Numbered from the whole stretch's first letter, positions 1-13,894 are shown. The stretch is DNA of 57,181 bases, filler included, from Basidiobolus ranarum (GCA_040143965.1; 6 parts of 6 records of this genome joined end to end with filler, not necessarily neighbours in it); one strand, 5' to 3'. The notes: a model not told the origin generated them from the letters alone. A program made the numbers and translations.

Positions 1-1033
1 TGTACAGTCTCAGCGGCACTGGTCGAAAACTTGCTTAATAGCAGTAGTCATATTCAATATGTATGTTAGGGCTGACTTGTGTGGTAGAAACAGTCAGAGC
101 AATATATAGATGGAGTGGAATTACACTACTTTATATATATTACAAAATTACCCGTGATGAGCAATCATAGATTACCATTAATCTCAATTAAGCCAACAAA
201 CCAATTAGAAAGAGCGAGAGGGTTGTAGTTTACAAACCACTAAGAATCATCTATCAGGTATGATAAGGATTTCTGAAATGACGAGTCATCTTCTCATCAC
301 TAGTTCGATAAGTGAGATGGCAAGTGGACGTACATATTTACGGCTATCAAGTGGATAGGTATATTTCTCGACAGAGTGAGCTTCAGCTTGATGCTTTTGC
401 TTATGCTTATGCATCTGCCACGACTCGAGCTCAAGCGAGAGTGTAATCCATACATCCTCGACTACAGCTCTACTCATCGATGATCCAGAATGACTCATAA
501 CTGAATCAGCTTTAATCATCCTCAAAATTGTGCCATAATGAGTACAGTTTTTGCCTGGCTTTGAAGGCATCCATTGGACTGTGCTTCGTGGTACAGGAAC
601 TCATTTTGTAACCCAAACGAAAACTAAACTATAACTACTTGAAAATAGTGTCAATGGATCCTTCTTTTGGACCTTACGACGGTCATCAGAAATCCATAGC
701 TCTAGATATCGCTACTGCCGAGAGTCCCAAGCTGCGTCGAAACCTGGAAATGGGTAAATGCTGATCTCGAATGCTATTTCGATGGAGAAATTTGTACTCG
801 GTTGGTGTGCAATTCTATTGGCTGGGCTTCGCAGCTTAGTTATGATGCTGCTCAGTAGAAACCTGCTTAGCATTGACAACGGGTTTATTAGAAACATTTA
901 TTTCAAAGTAGATTCCATAGTGAAAGAATATGAGTAATTTTAAAGGCAGTCTATTAATGATGATATAAACAACAATAGAAGATGAGTCAAAAGGCGATCA
1001 AGATATTTAAGGAAGTTAATATGCAAGCACGGC

Positions 1034-3073
1034 TTATTGTCTCCAGCTAAAAATAGTGACGAATATCATAAATAAATGTACGACTTCATAAAGAATACGA
1101 ACTGATTACTTACATTTTTAACGTACGATCCTTGCCACCACTAGCGGCGCGATCACCTCCTGGACTCCAATCGACTGTATAGACTTCATCCAAGTGACCG
1201 GGAAGATCAAGCTTCAACTTCTTGGTCTTCATGTCCCAGATCTTTAAGGTGCTGTCTTTACTACCGCTCATAACCATACGGCTATCACTTGAAAAAACAA
1301 CTTGGTACACAGGACCAACATGGCCACGAAGAGAGGCGATGAATCTGTAGATAAACCCTTGTTAGCAATCATATGGGCATTATTGAAGAGGTGAAAATTT
1401 AACTTACTTTCCGGTAAAACCGTCCCATAATTTAACTGAATTATCAAAAGATGCACTAGCAATAATACGTCCATCAGGTGAGAAGCATACTTGGTTGACA
1501 AGCTTTTGATGACCAGTCAATCGAGCAATAGGCTTTTTGCTGGTCAAAGGTTCCCACAAGTACATTGTGAAGTCATCAGATCCGGAGACTAAACGCTCGG
1601 GTCTTTTGCCTTTGGCCTCTTCCCAACGTTTCAAGGCAACTTGTCTGGCTAATAGATGGGGTGAAGATGTCAACATCTGTATATTCACATGTATATATAA
1701 TCAAGAAGTATAACATACCCTCTTCTTCGTCGGTATAACGCTTTCCGGTATGATCAAACGCGCCAGTTCTCAGCACTGAGTCGGTACTCAACGCCATGGT
1801 ATTGACCCAATGGCCGTGACCTTCTAAGGTCTTGACAAGTTTACCCTAGAAGAGCAAATAGTGTTACTAACATGGTGGGTTGAGTCTGCTAAAGGATGTA
1901 TATAGGTAATTACTTCAGAATCCCAAACTTTAATGGTCTTATCTTGGGAGCTGGTGTATATAAGACCATCACCACCCCATTTGACGCAAGTAACAGCGGC
2001 GGTGTGCTGAGATAGAGTTATCACAGCACGACGATACCTAGTATCCCAGATACGAACAGTACCGTCTTTAGAGGAAGTAGCGAAACGTGTGCACTTAGGG
2101 TTACTGCATTAATGAATAAATTGGTTAAGAAAACAGAACATTTTCTCGAAGCTTAAATATATTCTTACAGATGCAATGGCTCCCATGCAATACAAGTGAT
2201 CCACTTTGTATGACCATGAAGCGCGTCACCAAGGGCCTTTCCTGTCTTAGGATCCCACAAACGAACCTATAACGAAAAGTCAGAATTTCAAAAATCCATA
2301 CTTTGATGATGTTCGTAATAGACTCTGTACCATATTGTCCATGCTACCAGATGCAAGGAACTTGCCATCAGGAGACCAAGAGATGTATAAAACCCAGTTT
2401 TTGTGTCCAGACAGGGTATGACGTGGTGTTTCTGTGTTGAGATCCCAAATACGAACAGATGTATCACCTTTAGGGAAAGGAACGTATTAGCTATGAACGA
2501 ATATTATTTTGTCGAAGTTCAAACATACCAGAGCCAGTAGCAAGTTGACTGCCATCGGGACTAAAGCTGCAAGATAGAATAGCTTCGGAGTGTCCTAGTA
2601 AGAGTAAACATAACGGTTAAGCAACAGTATAATAAAAGTTTGATGGGAAATGTATTTTTTACCAGCCAAAGTGGAAGAACAACGAGTAACTGCTCTTACA
2701 CGGAAAACAGCTTGGGGGTGATAGGTAATGGTGAGAGAATCTTCGGTAGAGCGCTTTTGGCCGATGATAATATCTTTATGTAAATTGGTAGTTATATCGG
2801 CTCCGTCAACCATAAACGAATAAGGCATAGTATCTTCCTGAATATCAAAGGGATTTTAAGATTAGACGACAAACACATGATCAAAAGTTGAAAAAATAAC
2901 TTTACATTGTTGAGAAGTTGATTCAATAAAACGGAAAGCTGCTCTGGGGTCACATCGGCAGGAAGATTCAATGGTGGTCCAGTTGATTCACCTTCAGCGC
3001 TATTGAATTGAGCGATGACATGGCCTACAGGCTCCTGTGGAATATCGTCTTGCTTCACTTTTGAATTACTCAT
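1034..3073 (-). CDS. RSA4: Ribosome assembly protein Rsa4 / Notchless (NLE domain + WD40 repeats), ~9 introns
   Basis: NLE motifs (GESTGPPLNLPADVTPEQLSVLLNQLL; TYHPQAVFRVRAVTRCSSTLAG) and WD40 repeats (LVSGSDDFTMYLW, SASFDNSVKLWDG, DLPGHLDEVYTVDWSP). GT-AG introns of ~60-70 nt splice into one frame ending IWRQ-TAA at 1034-1036. Confidence 0.95.
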
Positions 3074-3830
3074 AATATGCTAAGTTGTCAGTCAAGTCTC
3101 TCTACACTTGTTTTTCTAGATATGAACATCAAAATGATAGTACCTTGATGCAGTATTTTTTTTTTTTTTGAAAAGTTTCAATAATTAATTTCGTTCACCG
3201 AAATTTTTTTGCAGCCAATTAAAAAGATATATAAAAAAATCCCTAAATCGATTTATTTATTAAAATTTAAACCATTTTAAGGCTATATTTAAGATCGCTT
3301 ATTCTCACATATATCAGGCGTAGTTCTGGTGTATGTAAATTCAGTCTCCAATTGACAAAGGTAATCGAGAGGCTACCGTTGGTCGAAATCATTCCACTGC
3401 CAATCAAAGGTATTTACCAGTGGTTAATTTGGATGTCTGATGAATAGATGCTATCATTTGTCATTCGTTGCTAGTGCTTGCACCATAGATACCAAGTCAC
3501 TTGCACTAATGCCAATACTGTTCTTCAGTAAGAGTGGGTCATCCTTCAATGCTCAATACATCGACGATTTAATAAATACGATAGTATTCATTCATCAGGT
3601 GACCTGCAAGATTCTTGTATGGTCACACTTCAATGAGTTGGATTGAGTTACGTTTGCATAGTCATCTTGTACTCTCTAGTCACTGTTTTCGTTGTTTTTA
3701 TTATTTTTGCCATCTTCCCACACATTTATCCTTATCACTGCGAGGAAGTTACAACCTTTCTCGAGAAGTTGTTTCAAAACCCTAGCAGACTTTTCCTCGA
3801 AATCTTTAAATACTGTAAGGTACACTGGAG

Positions 3831-5271
3831 ATGCGTAGATCAACTTTAACGCCACCTGAAGAAAATGTGGTTCGGTGTAGAACACCTAGCCCAAAACCCT
3901 CGCGTTTATTTATCAACGATGATTCAGATGAAGCCTCTCCTCTTAAATTTGATACCCACAATACCATAAGCGTTAATTATACTGACTCTGTCCAACCTGC
4001 TCAATTACACGCCCAAAACATACCCGGTGCTTTTAGAGTGGGGATTTCCCATGACCGTAACAAACGTTTTCGTAGAACTATGGAGGTATGGCCTTGCATT
4101 GTTTGGAGTATCTTACACCATCAATTAAATAATTCTATAGGACGCCCACGCCTGGATATCTGATTTTGGAGATGTTAAGGATCAAGGATACTTTGCGATT
4201 TTTGATGGTCATGCTGGTAAAAAAGCTGCAGAATGGTGCGGAATACACCTCCATAAAGTAGGTTTCGATAACATAGGTGGCGTGTTAAATATTGTCAGAA
4301 TGTGTGCTAGTTACATGTGAATAGTATTAATACCAAGTCAGTGTATCTATTACCCTTAATAATGTCTATTATCATTTAGATCTTTTTGGATACTATGAAA
4401 GCCAACCCATCCACTCCCGCCCCAGAGATATTCCATCAAACATTTTTGGAAGCCGATAGACAACTTGAGATCAATGAAAACCACTCAGGGTGCACTGCAG
4501 TTACCACATTCCTACGTGTAGAGCAACAATCGCCTAGCATCAATGGCAAACTCCCAAGCATAACCGTAAGTATTGTTTAAGCGTGATCATTGTAAGTAAT
4601 AATTACTCGAGCTTACCCAGTCATTTCATACAAGCGTACCTTATACACCGCAAACGTTGGAGACGCTAGAGCAGTGTTATGGTAATTTTGTATTAGTGAA
4701 CTTCAAACATAGCAGGAGGTAATGCTAAATTTTATCACATATAGTCGCAATGGAAAGGCCGTTCGTCTTACATATGACCATAAAAGTTCGGATCCTCAAG
4801 AAATCAAGCGCATCGTAAGCGCTGGTGGATTTATTATAAACAATCGTGTAAACGGTATTGCAGTATTCGAACACAACGTTTTAGGTAGAATTCCATACTT
4901 AATATCGAACTTTAAATTTTATTGTAGGGGTTCTTGCTGTTACTCGATCTCTTGGTGATGGATCCATGAAGGATTTTGTTGTTGGTAGTCCATACACAAC
5001 AGAGATCACTCTTAGTAGTCAAGATCCCTTCTTGATTTTGGCGTGTGATGGGGTAACATACTTTATCGTATAACTTGATCTCTCGTTGCCACATCTCTAA
5101 TAAGAACGGATATTTGTTTAGTTGTGGGACGTTTGCTCAGATCAAGAAGCTATCGATTTGATCGCAGATATTGAGGATCCTCAGGAGGCTAGCGATAAAT
5201 TACTCGACTATGCACTTCGTAACTTTAGTACTGATAATCTCAGTGTCATGGTTGTTCGTCTTTACTACTAA
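3831..5271 (+). CDS. Protein phosphatase 2C (PTC1-like), 6 introns
   Basis: Spliced product has the PP2C motifs [59 protein letters not shown] and [10 protein letters not shown]; stop TAA at 5269-5271. Confidence 0.93.
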
Positions 5272-6010
5272 GCTCATTACACATTGTATTTGCCCCATCT
5301 TGTTTTTCCTTCTTTTCTTTAAAATCCTGGTTAGTTCCGCATGCTTCTTTCAATCAATTATTGACTGTACAGTTCATAGAAACTGACACTAGTTTAACTG
5401 AAACATCAGCACCACATACAACGAAGTTGCATACACTTTGATTCTGAATCGAACTTTCTGAAGTCACCAAACAAAATCGCACAACATTCAAAGCATACTG
5501 TTTGTAGAGCTTTTGTACATAATTAATAGATTCAAAAATGTATATATTTATATACGTGATAGCTATGTGGAAGTATATTCTTGAGGAAGGGATACATAGC
5601 ATTTGCTCTACACACTCTTAGTCTACAATTGTAAAATGAAATGGGGCACGCAAGAATGATATGCACAAACCAGACGCTCTTGTATGTAGCATCTTACCTC
5701 TGTTGGCAACTTCTTCCTGCTCAGTTAGCTGGAGCATTTTAGTTCCGTAGAACATGAGTTTACTGGCTGTAAGAAATTGAAACATACCTTGAATATAGCA
5801 CTGCTTTTAACGCATGTTGAACCCGGAAAAATAAGAGATAGATGAATAAAATAATAATTAAATCAGATGAATTAGTTGGCTAAAAAATCCGATCCTTTGA
5901 AGAAAAAAATAATTTTACTTCGACATGGGGAGTGTTAAGAAAGAATTAAAACCTAACGTGATTCTTGAGCTGTCAGTCCTTTTTGCTTTCTTACGAACTA
6001 ATCATTCAAA

Positions 6011-6541
6011 ATGGGTCGCATGCACACTCCTGGGTATGTATCTATTCTCCAGATGAATTCATCCATTGATTTACATTACTGACAACCGTTTATTTCCATT
6101 TTATGAAGTAAGGGCATTGCCTCTTCTGCTCTCCCCTATCGTCGTACTCCTCCTTCTTGGGTCAAGTCTACTCCCGAAGAAGTGTGCGAACACATCTGCA
6201 AACTTGCCAAGAAGGGTTTGACTCCTTCCCAAATTGGTGTTCTTCTCAGAGATTCCCATGGTATCCCTCAAGTCAGAAGCGTTACCGGTAACAAGGTTCT
6301 CCGTATCTTGAAGGGTAACGGTTTGGCCCCTGAAATTCCTGAGGATCTTTACCATCTCATCAAGAAGGCTGTTGCCGTTCGTAAGCATTTGGAACGTAAC
6401 AGAAAGGACTGTGACTCCAAGTACCGTTTGATTCTTATCGAGTCTAGAATCCATAGATTAGCTCGTTACTACAAGACTGCCGGTCAATTGGCCCCCAACT
6501 GGAAGTATGAGTCCTCCACTGCCTCTGCTTTGGTCGCTTAG
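6011..6541 (+). CDS. RPS13: 40S ribosomal protein S13 (uS15); intron 6034-6108
   Basis: [18 protein letters not shown]...[30 protein letters not shown]...[15 protein letters not shown]. Confidence 0.98.
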
Positions 6542-6721
6542 ATCATAGTTCTAGTTCAAAAATCCAAGCAATAAAATAGAAATTCATTATATTCTAATGT
6601 ATTTTTATCAATCATTGTTGTCAATGGTGTAATAACTGTAACATGCAAATCGACCTATAGTCAGACATTCAGTAGTGGTATGGCTTGTTCTCAAATTGAT
6701 TTTATTTAGCATATACTTGAA

Positions 6722-7838
6722 TTATTTAACATCTCGAAATTCTCCCTCGAAAATTCGGGGACCGCCTCTTGGTTCAGTTGGCTTTTGAAAATTAGAATGG
6801 ACATGATTTCCAAGAGGAATGGTCACCGAGCGTCCCATCATTGGAAACTCGACAATGATCTTTTTAATATCCACATCAGCATCGCCAGTTAACACTCCAA
6901 CAGCTGTGATGTTGGCGCTGTCTCCTTTTGAGTTCAAGGCTTGAAATTGAATTTTCATCTGAGAGTCGGAAGAGCTACTTTGAGACCCTGCATATGTCGA
7001 TTGACTTGAAGCCACGGTATAGGGTGGTTGAAACTGGATAGAGTTGAAAGTATTACTTTGAAATAAATACTTTAAATCTCCCGACTCTTGAAAAGCTCTT
7101 TCAATATATTCGATAGACGTTTGTTGCAGATTTCCACTCGCAGCTGCGGCATTTTTAATGGATGAGAAAGCTGGACTGGCTGCCGTCTTCAGGACGTCAT
7201 TCATAAGGTTGGAGAAAATTCCATTACCAAAGGGCGAGGTGGAGAACGGGTTTTCGGTATCGTTGATTTTGATCCGTTTATTGTTTTGACTTCGGAAAAT
7301 GTCCAAAGGTCTACCTGATTCTTGGCTAGGAAAACGGGTCTCAAGCACCCCTTTAATTAACCTATACGCTCCGTAACCAACAGCTCCACCTAAAAGTGCG
7401 AAGAAAATAGGTTGAATCAAAAACAGAGAGGCGATTCCCACTGAAACTGCAATTCCAGTCTTGACCAACGGATTACTGAGAAGGGAGGGTCGACGATAAG
7501 GATCGTAGTCATGATAAAGCCTGGTGGCAGTAGTATTATGTGAAAATAAAAAAGGCAGCACTAATTGTTGGTTACGATAAATTGATTGACTAAGCAATGA
7601 ATTGGCTCTGATAACCGGTGCTTTGTGAAGTAAAGAGGACCGATGAAGGACTTGTTTGAGATTGAGAGCAGGCTTGGAGAAGCTTCTGACTAACAACGGA
7701 TTAGGTAAACTTGCAGTACGAAAACCTAGGTGAAGGGAGTCAATGACATAAATGGAGGAGCTTGAGAGTGTATAAAAATGTACCTGTAGTAAGTAAACTA
7801 CGTCCAGACCGTAACTTTAAAATATTTAGTGAATTCAT
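6722..7838 (-). CDS. Probable mitochondrial membrane protein of unknown function (intron 7726-7783)
   Basis: A small upstream exon (MNSLNILKLRSGRSLLTT) splices in frame via a 58-nt GT-AG intron onto the 324-aa ORF. The N-terminus is R/S/L-rich and lacks acidic residues (presequence-like), followed by a hydrophobic segment (GIAVSVGIASLFLIQPIFFALLGGAVGYGAY). Confidence 0.7.
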
Positions 7839-7940
7839 TCTCCAGTGTCGTTTCTCCTTTAGCTCCAACTCTCCTAAATTTTGAGGAAAGTTAAAATTGT
7901 GCCGATAGCCAACAAATACGATTTGTAAAAAAAATCATTT

Positions 7941-7950
7941 GTGACGTCAC
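7941..7950. promoter_or_regulatory. CRE/ATF-type palindrome GTGACGTCAC ~100 bp upstream of the mitochondrial-protein ATG
   Basis: Perfect palindrome containing TGACGTCA; function inferred from position only. Confidence 0.3.
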
Positions 7951-9310
7951 AGCCATGGCTCAGCTGTCATTAAATGGCATAGTGAGCTATTATATCTATT
8001 CGTGAGATTAATTGCTTATGAATTTTAGTCAAGTGAGGACTGGTTTTGTATGACCATGGAAGGTCTGGTCAATATAAAGCGGTATTTCGCAATCTGAATC
8101 TAAGTCATTTGAGCCGCCACTATATGCTTTAAAGAAGGAATGGAAAATATCTCTGATCAGCTCGACCATATTAATCCTTTTTAGAACTATAATGCATTGT
8201 TTTTGTCCTAGTTGGATGTTTCTTGTATAGCTTTCAGTAAATCAAGAGGAATATTAGTTACAAAGATAATTGTTTATTATGATGCAGCATTTCAATTCTT
8301 CAGTCAATTTTCTGGAGATAAGGCCGCAGGTACTCCAATATAACGTTTTATTTTTCTACAGATGCGTAAATTCCTGAAACTGTTAATTAAGGAATTACCA
8401 ACATATGTATATATATTTGAACTTGGAAACCCCCTGAGCTCTCACAGTTTTGGTGTGATAAAAACAATAACATTAAAATGATTAGTGACAACTAACGAAG
8501 CTTCAAAGTTAAATCAGCTTCATGCTGATCCAACCTAGTGTCTCTGCTTTATGTTGGCAAACCAATAAGACAGTCTTTCTGACAAACAACCCTGCGTGGG
8601 ATTTCATAAGCATAGCTTTGCTCGAATCATTTTCAAAAGCTATGTCATCTCAAATATGTTACCGAAACTCTCTAGAACATCTAAATCATAATCAATGTGT
8701 TGAATTCACCTTTAATAAAGTAATACGACAGAAAAACAAGAATGAAATGCTGATAGATAGAGTTAGACCATTTCAAATTATTTACTACTTTGAAGGAAGT
8801 GTAGTTGAAAGAATCAGGATATCTCATAGAACTAATACACCAGTTCGCACGCTATTGTAAAGTACTTACTGAGCTACCCGGTATTTATGCAACTTGCATG
8901 AAGTTAAGATGAGTATATTTGAGCATTTTTGGCTCTACGGTAGACCAACTAATCCAGTACTTCCCAGTTTTCTCCACGGAATGTCTAAACCCTTCCTCTC
9001 TAACCATTAATAAAAATTTTCAGTTTACCTGATCCTAAGCAATATATCATAGATGTCGAGGAGAATACGATAGAATATTTACCTCTTTCAATTAGATCAT
9101 TGTTGGCAATAATAATCCTATATAGCCGCAATATCGATTAGTAATCTCGTAAAAATTTTGCCTCGGATCGTAGAGTAGAGGATTGTAATGCTGCGGGGAA
9201 ATCCAATAAAATCCAATCGAAAAAATTTCGCTTAAAATAAATTTAGTCCATTTCGGAAACGCGCTGAACTTTGCAATCCACCTTGAACTACTCTTGTTCC
9301 TTAGTCTAAT

Positions 9311-9466
9311 ATGTCGAACTCTCCAAAGGAAGAAAAGGAAATCACCTCAGTTGAAGAGGTTGAAACAGAAACCGACGCTTCTAAAACTTCTACTCCCGAG
9401 GAAGGGGAGGAGCAAGATCAATCCGCCGCTTTTGATCCGGTAACTGGTGAAATCAACTGGGACTGC
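9311..9466 (+). CDS. MIA40: Mitochondrial intermembrane-space oxidoreductase Mia40/CHCHD4, 5' part (truncated by contig end)
   Basis: Acidic N-terminus followed by AAFDPVTGEINWDC, the signature leading into the CPC motif. Confidence 0.88.
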
Positions 9467-9566
9467 NNNNNNNNNNNNNNNNNNNNNNNNNNNNNNNNNN
9501 NNNNNNNNNNTTAATTAATTAANNNNNNNNNNNNNNNNNNNNNNNNNNNNNNNNNNNNNNNNNNNN
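9467..9566. other. Artificial contig-joining linker (N44-TTAATTAATTAA-N44)
   Basis: 44 N, a 12-mer with stops in all six frames, then 44 N. The identical structure occurs five times, and genes are cut abruptly at it. Confidence 0.98.
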
Positions 9567-12500
9567 GGTCAATTTGATATCACGAAAGGATGGAGAGCCA
9601 ATGTACTAGACTTTAGGGAAATAGACCAAGAGGTAAGCCTTAGCTTTACGTGATCCATGTGATGTGGTAATGTACTTAGATTTTGCTTTATATTCAGTTT
9701 ATTCAGCCGATGGTTGGTGCACCCGAATACGACCCTAGTAAGCTTTACATAACCTATTATAACAGTACTCTAGCACAGAGCTGCTCACGCTTTCCCAAGC
9801 CCATGCCATCCATTATCGGAGCAACTGATGCAGCCATCGATCTTATCACTATGATTTTCCCATATCTCAGCTCTAGTGTTCAGGAATTTACTCTGGAGCA
9901 ACTTTGGAAATCTCTTAAGAACTTGAAACTTGAAAAAAATCCTAACCGAAAGGTTGCTGTTCAAGTAAATATTATTGTGGCATTATTGAGATGCATGGAA
10001 AACCTTGAGAAATTAACCTCCAAAAGAACTGACGGAATCACCATACCAACGGCACAGGGGAGAACCATCGCTCTCACCAAAGAAATCCTGCAGGTAACTT
10101 AGGTCATCAGAGTTTTGAATGCTGCCGATTGATAGCTAATTCGAATCTAGTCCTTTTTATCTAATAGTGATCCATATATCAGATGTGCCAGTGGCCAAAC
10201 TCTTGGATTTCTTGCACAAATTGTTGGTAACCCATTCATTACCAGCGAGATACAATATTTGGTCGATGTAATTGTTAACGATCGAGATCCTAATGTAAGA
10301 AGTGGGTGCGTCATTGCTCTAAGTTGTATTTACAATCGAGTTGGTGGCATCGCCGCAAATGTCCATTTAAAGATGGTGGTTGGAATCTTACACTCGTTAA
10401 GTAACGATTCTCACCCGGCTGTACATTCTTGGGCTCTCAAAGCTTTATCATTGACCATCAATTCTGCTGGATCCATGTTTGCACCATATGTAAATGGTAC
10501 CATCGGAGTTGTTGCTAAAGTGTTTATGTCAGAAGGACATGAGCACGGATATCATCCACATATCAATCTTCCCTTTGGTATGGCTCAAGAGGTTGTATAT
10601 CAAACTTTAGGCCATCTTTTGTATGCGTTGGTTGGTACACTAGGACCTGAACTTCAATCAACTACCAAAGTCAGAGAGATCTGTCTCTGTTTAATCGAGG
10701 AGCTCAAGAATAATGACGAACCTTTGGTTGTAGTAGAGTATATCAAATGTGTTCACCATTTGCTGATGTTTGCTCCGAAATCTGTTGATATATCCTCCTT
10801 GGTACCTTTCCTTCAAAAGCAACTATATAGTCTCAATTTTTGTTTGAAATCAGCGGCTGTGACATGCTTGTACCAGCTTGTACAACGCAACGTTAAGGAT
10901 GTACTCAAGAATTCTAAACCAGGTCTTCGAGAACAGCTTTTCTTTTTACTTGATGATGGATTAGATATGGAAGATGCTAAAAGAGTAATCAAGAGCCACT
11001 TATCGCAAACAGTTTCTGAGGAGCCATTGGAGTGGTTGGATATATGTAAGAGGATTCTATCAAAGAGCTCATCAGATTCAAACATGGCGGAAACTAAAGG
11101 TGCTGATATGGAAGAGTATGGCGATGACTCGGCTGCTTTCACAGCAGCTAGCGTGCCTGCAACATCATCAGGACCAGAGCCAGCCGAGGATTTTTTGAAA
11201 TTGCCCTCTAGATGGCGTGCTCAATTGTTTGCACTGGACTGTTTGAGAGAAATTGTAAATTCTTTAGCCAGCAGCGATGAAAATGCACATTTCGAGATGA
11301 TACATGCGAAAGAGAATTTCCCTTTAAATACTGGTTACCTGGTATTTAGATTATCAGAACTTATCAAAATATCCTTTGTTGCAGCCACTTCGTCGATTAT
11401 TGAAATTCGACTGGGTGGTTTATCCTTACTGCGTGATATCATAAAACATTTTGCTACTTCTTCTGATCCTGATTTCGAAGAAGCTATGATTTTGGAACAA
11501 TACCAAGCTCAGATTACCTCGGCACTAACGCCTGCATTCTCATCCAAATCAGCTCCTGAAGTCTTGGCTTCTGCGATTCAAGTATGCGGTGATTTCATTG
11601 CAGGCCATATTGTAAGAGAAATCAGTACTTTGGGAAGAATGGTTAAACTCCTGACAACAACTCTTGAGGAAAGCTCCAAGGAAGCCTTTAATAACGAAAG
11701 CCCTGACGGTAAAATCCTAGTGAATATAACTACTCTTAAAGTATGGGCCGAGTTGTTTGTTCTGTCTCAAACAGAGGAATATCTTTTGGAGATTATTGAA
11801 CCTAGATTGGAAGTTTTATGTGAACTATGGCTTACTTTCATACAGGACTATGCTAAAGTACGGCTCGGATCAACCGGAGTTACTAGCTCAAATGGATTAG
11901 GCGTTGGTGTTCTAACTTCTGGACTAGAGTCGATATATGGATCTTCCGTTATAGAGATTATTTTACCTTATTACGAAAAAGCATGGATTCCTATTATGAA
12001 TGCAGTGTCAGTGCTAATTGATTCTGATAATCCTTGCATGCACAACTTGCTAAGAGAGAGTACCACAAACGAGAAAATTTACGAAACGCCCTCCAGGTTC
12101 TTCTTCATTTTATTAGGTTTATGTGTTGAGGCCCTTGCAGAGCCGGTTAAAACCCACAGATACTCTAAAGGTCTCAACTCTATTCTCGTGCTTGTTAGAG
12201 CTTTACGGTCCATTTTAAGCCCTCTGGTAGCTGGGAGACAATGCCTCGAGCAATCGTTATATATGGAGATCATGAGTGTATTAGAGAAGTTAATGATTCG
12301 CGAATCGACAATGGTTCAAGTGGTCATAGCAGATGTTTGCAAGACTTTGGCCATTGAATACTCGACTGATTATTTGTTTGCCGGAATGTCTACAGTCAGG
12401 TTTGTATATTACTAGCATGTGCGCTGATTTTAGCTATATCTAAGTCATTCCGAATTGTTCATCAGCGAAGATAATTATTCAGATCTTTTCATGACCACCA

Positions 12501-13894
12501 AAGCATATCGATGCACCAAAATCCTTATGCTCGGGCTTTCAAGAAATATCCCCGAACTTTCTTCTGAGCCTTCCACACCTGGTAAAGCCATTCACCATTT
12601 ACAGCATTTGCTAATCCACTAATTCTACTGCAAAAAATAGCTTTGCCAACAAATTCGCAAGGAACGTTGCTGGTTTTGGCCGCTTTAGATGCTCTATCAA
12701 ATATTATCATGATTTCTCCTGATCCTATCGGTCTGGATTTGCTTGCTACATTCCTCCATGCTTCTACCAGTAAGTATTTATTTTCCTACTCGTACTCGCG
12801 GCATATTTTAACGATTTTGGATGATTAGATGCCCTTCGTTCACTTAAATTATCAAAGGAAGAAGTAACCAAGTTTATGCTTATTCATAAGAACATTCTCA
12901 TCGCGATCGAATCTGGAAGAATTTCTCAAAACCGAGAAACCTTATCCAGGACTATATCACAGGCATTGAACACCATAATGTCATCTATTGATGTTGAAAG
13001 GTAACGCTTTCTAATCACCAAACTTGATAACTATTCATATTGATCGTTCTCTCTTAGACTTGACTCACAAAATCTCAACGAAATTCAAATAGACACCATC
13101 AATAATATGATGATGTTTGTAGTGCTATTCCTCACAACGTGCCCCACTTATTGTGATGTTGGCTTGTCTCAGAGACTCACAGACATATTTATAGCTTATC
13201 TCTTTGCACCACATATTCAAGTCAGTGATTTGATGTGCTACAGTTGTTGGAAGACTGTACTAATCCTAAAATCTTTACTTTTATCTTCAGATAACACGTT
13301 CAGCACTGCAGTATGCCAAGGCCTTTTTGTATCAAAACAACAAACCCAGCTCTGCTTCTAAACAGATATCCTCTAGTGTTTTACAAAATTTCATTCCAGA
13401 AATCATCAAGTTTCTATATCAAGCGAAATCAAATAACTCTAGACTCTCTAACGATGCAATCAGCCACGAATCTGTGAAAGATGCTGCTGGATTTTTGGTC
13501 GCCTTTGGAGCGTCCACTAAGCATGAAAAAAGTATGACTTTATTCAAAAGCAATCCATCTGTTTGAGAGCTTTATGCTAATTGCCTTATTCACTAGGATC
13601 TACGATTTTTACTCTTGTTATATGTACTTTGGTTAGCTTGTTAGACGGTGTTGATGAGCTTCTTGATCCGTCAAAGCTCCATCAAATTATTATCGCAAAG
13701 ATGGTTACTCTAGCAACCGAATGTTCACAAGATTTCAAAACTGTTCTTAACAGTTTAGAGCCTGATATGCGTGCCAAACTGGAGCATGCTATCAGACAAA
13801 GTATTCAAACATCTAATGAAGCCTCACATACAGATAGTAGTCAAGAAAAAGCACCCCTATAATTCAGCTTAAAGACAACTTCGTCTATTTTTAA
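9567..13894 (+). CDS. LAA1: HEAT-repeat protein HEATR5/Laa1/Sip1 (AP-1 accessory), 5'-truncated, ~8 introns; apparent frameshift in the last codons
   Basis: Conserved segments (VNDRDPNVRSGC, LHSLSNDSHPAVHSWAL, LVGTLGPELQ, RWRAQLFALDCL, DPDFEEAMILEQYQAQITSALTPAF). The reading frame stops at 13860-13862, but a family-like end PIIQLKDNFVYF* lies in the -1 frame to 13894. Confidence 0.9.

Noticed and set aside
3198-3212. RRPE-like AAAAATTTC motif upstream of RSA4
   Set aside because: Plausible for a ribosome-biogenesis gene, but such A/T strings are common in this AT-rich DNA and similar ones occur near MIA40
6034-6108. Intronic snoRNA in the RPS13 intron
   Set aside because: The intron is only 75 nt with no convincing C/D or H/ACA box arrangement
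6101-6454. Antisense ORFs (also 31650-32270, 46329-46775, 10813-11142, 49382-49735)
   Set aside because: They mirror real genes on the opposite strand and have no independent motifs
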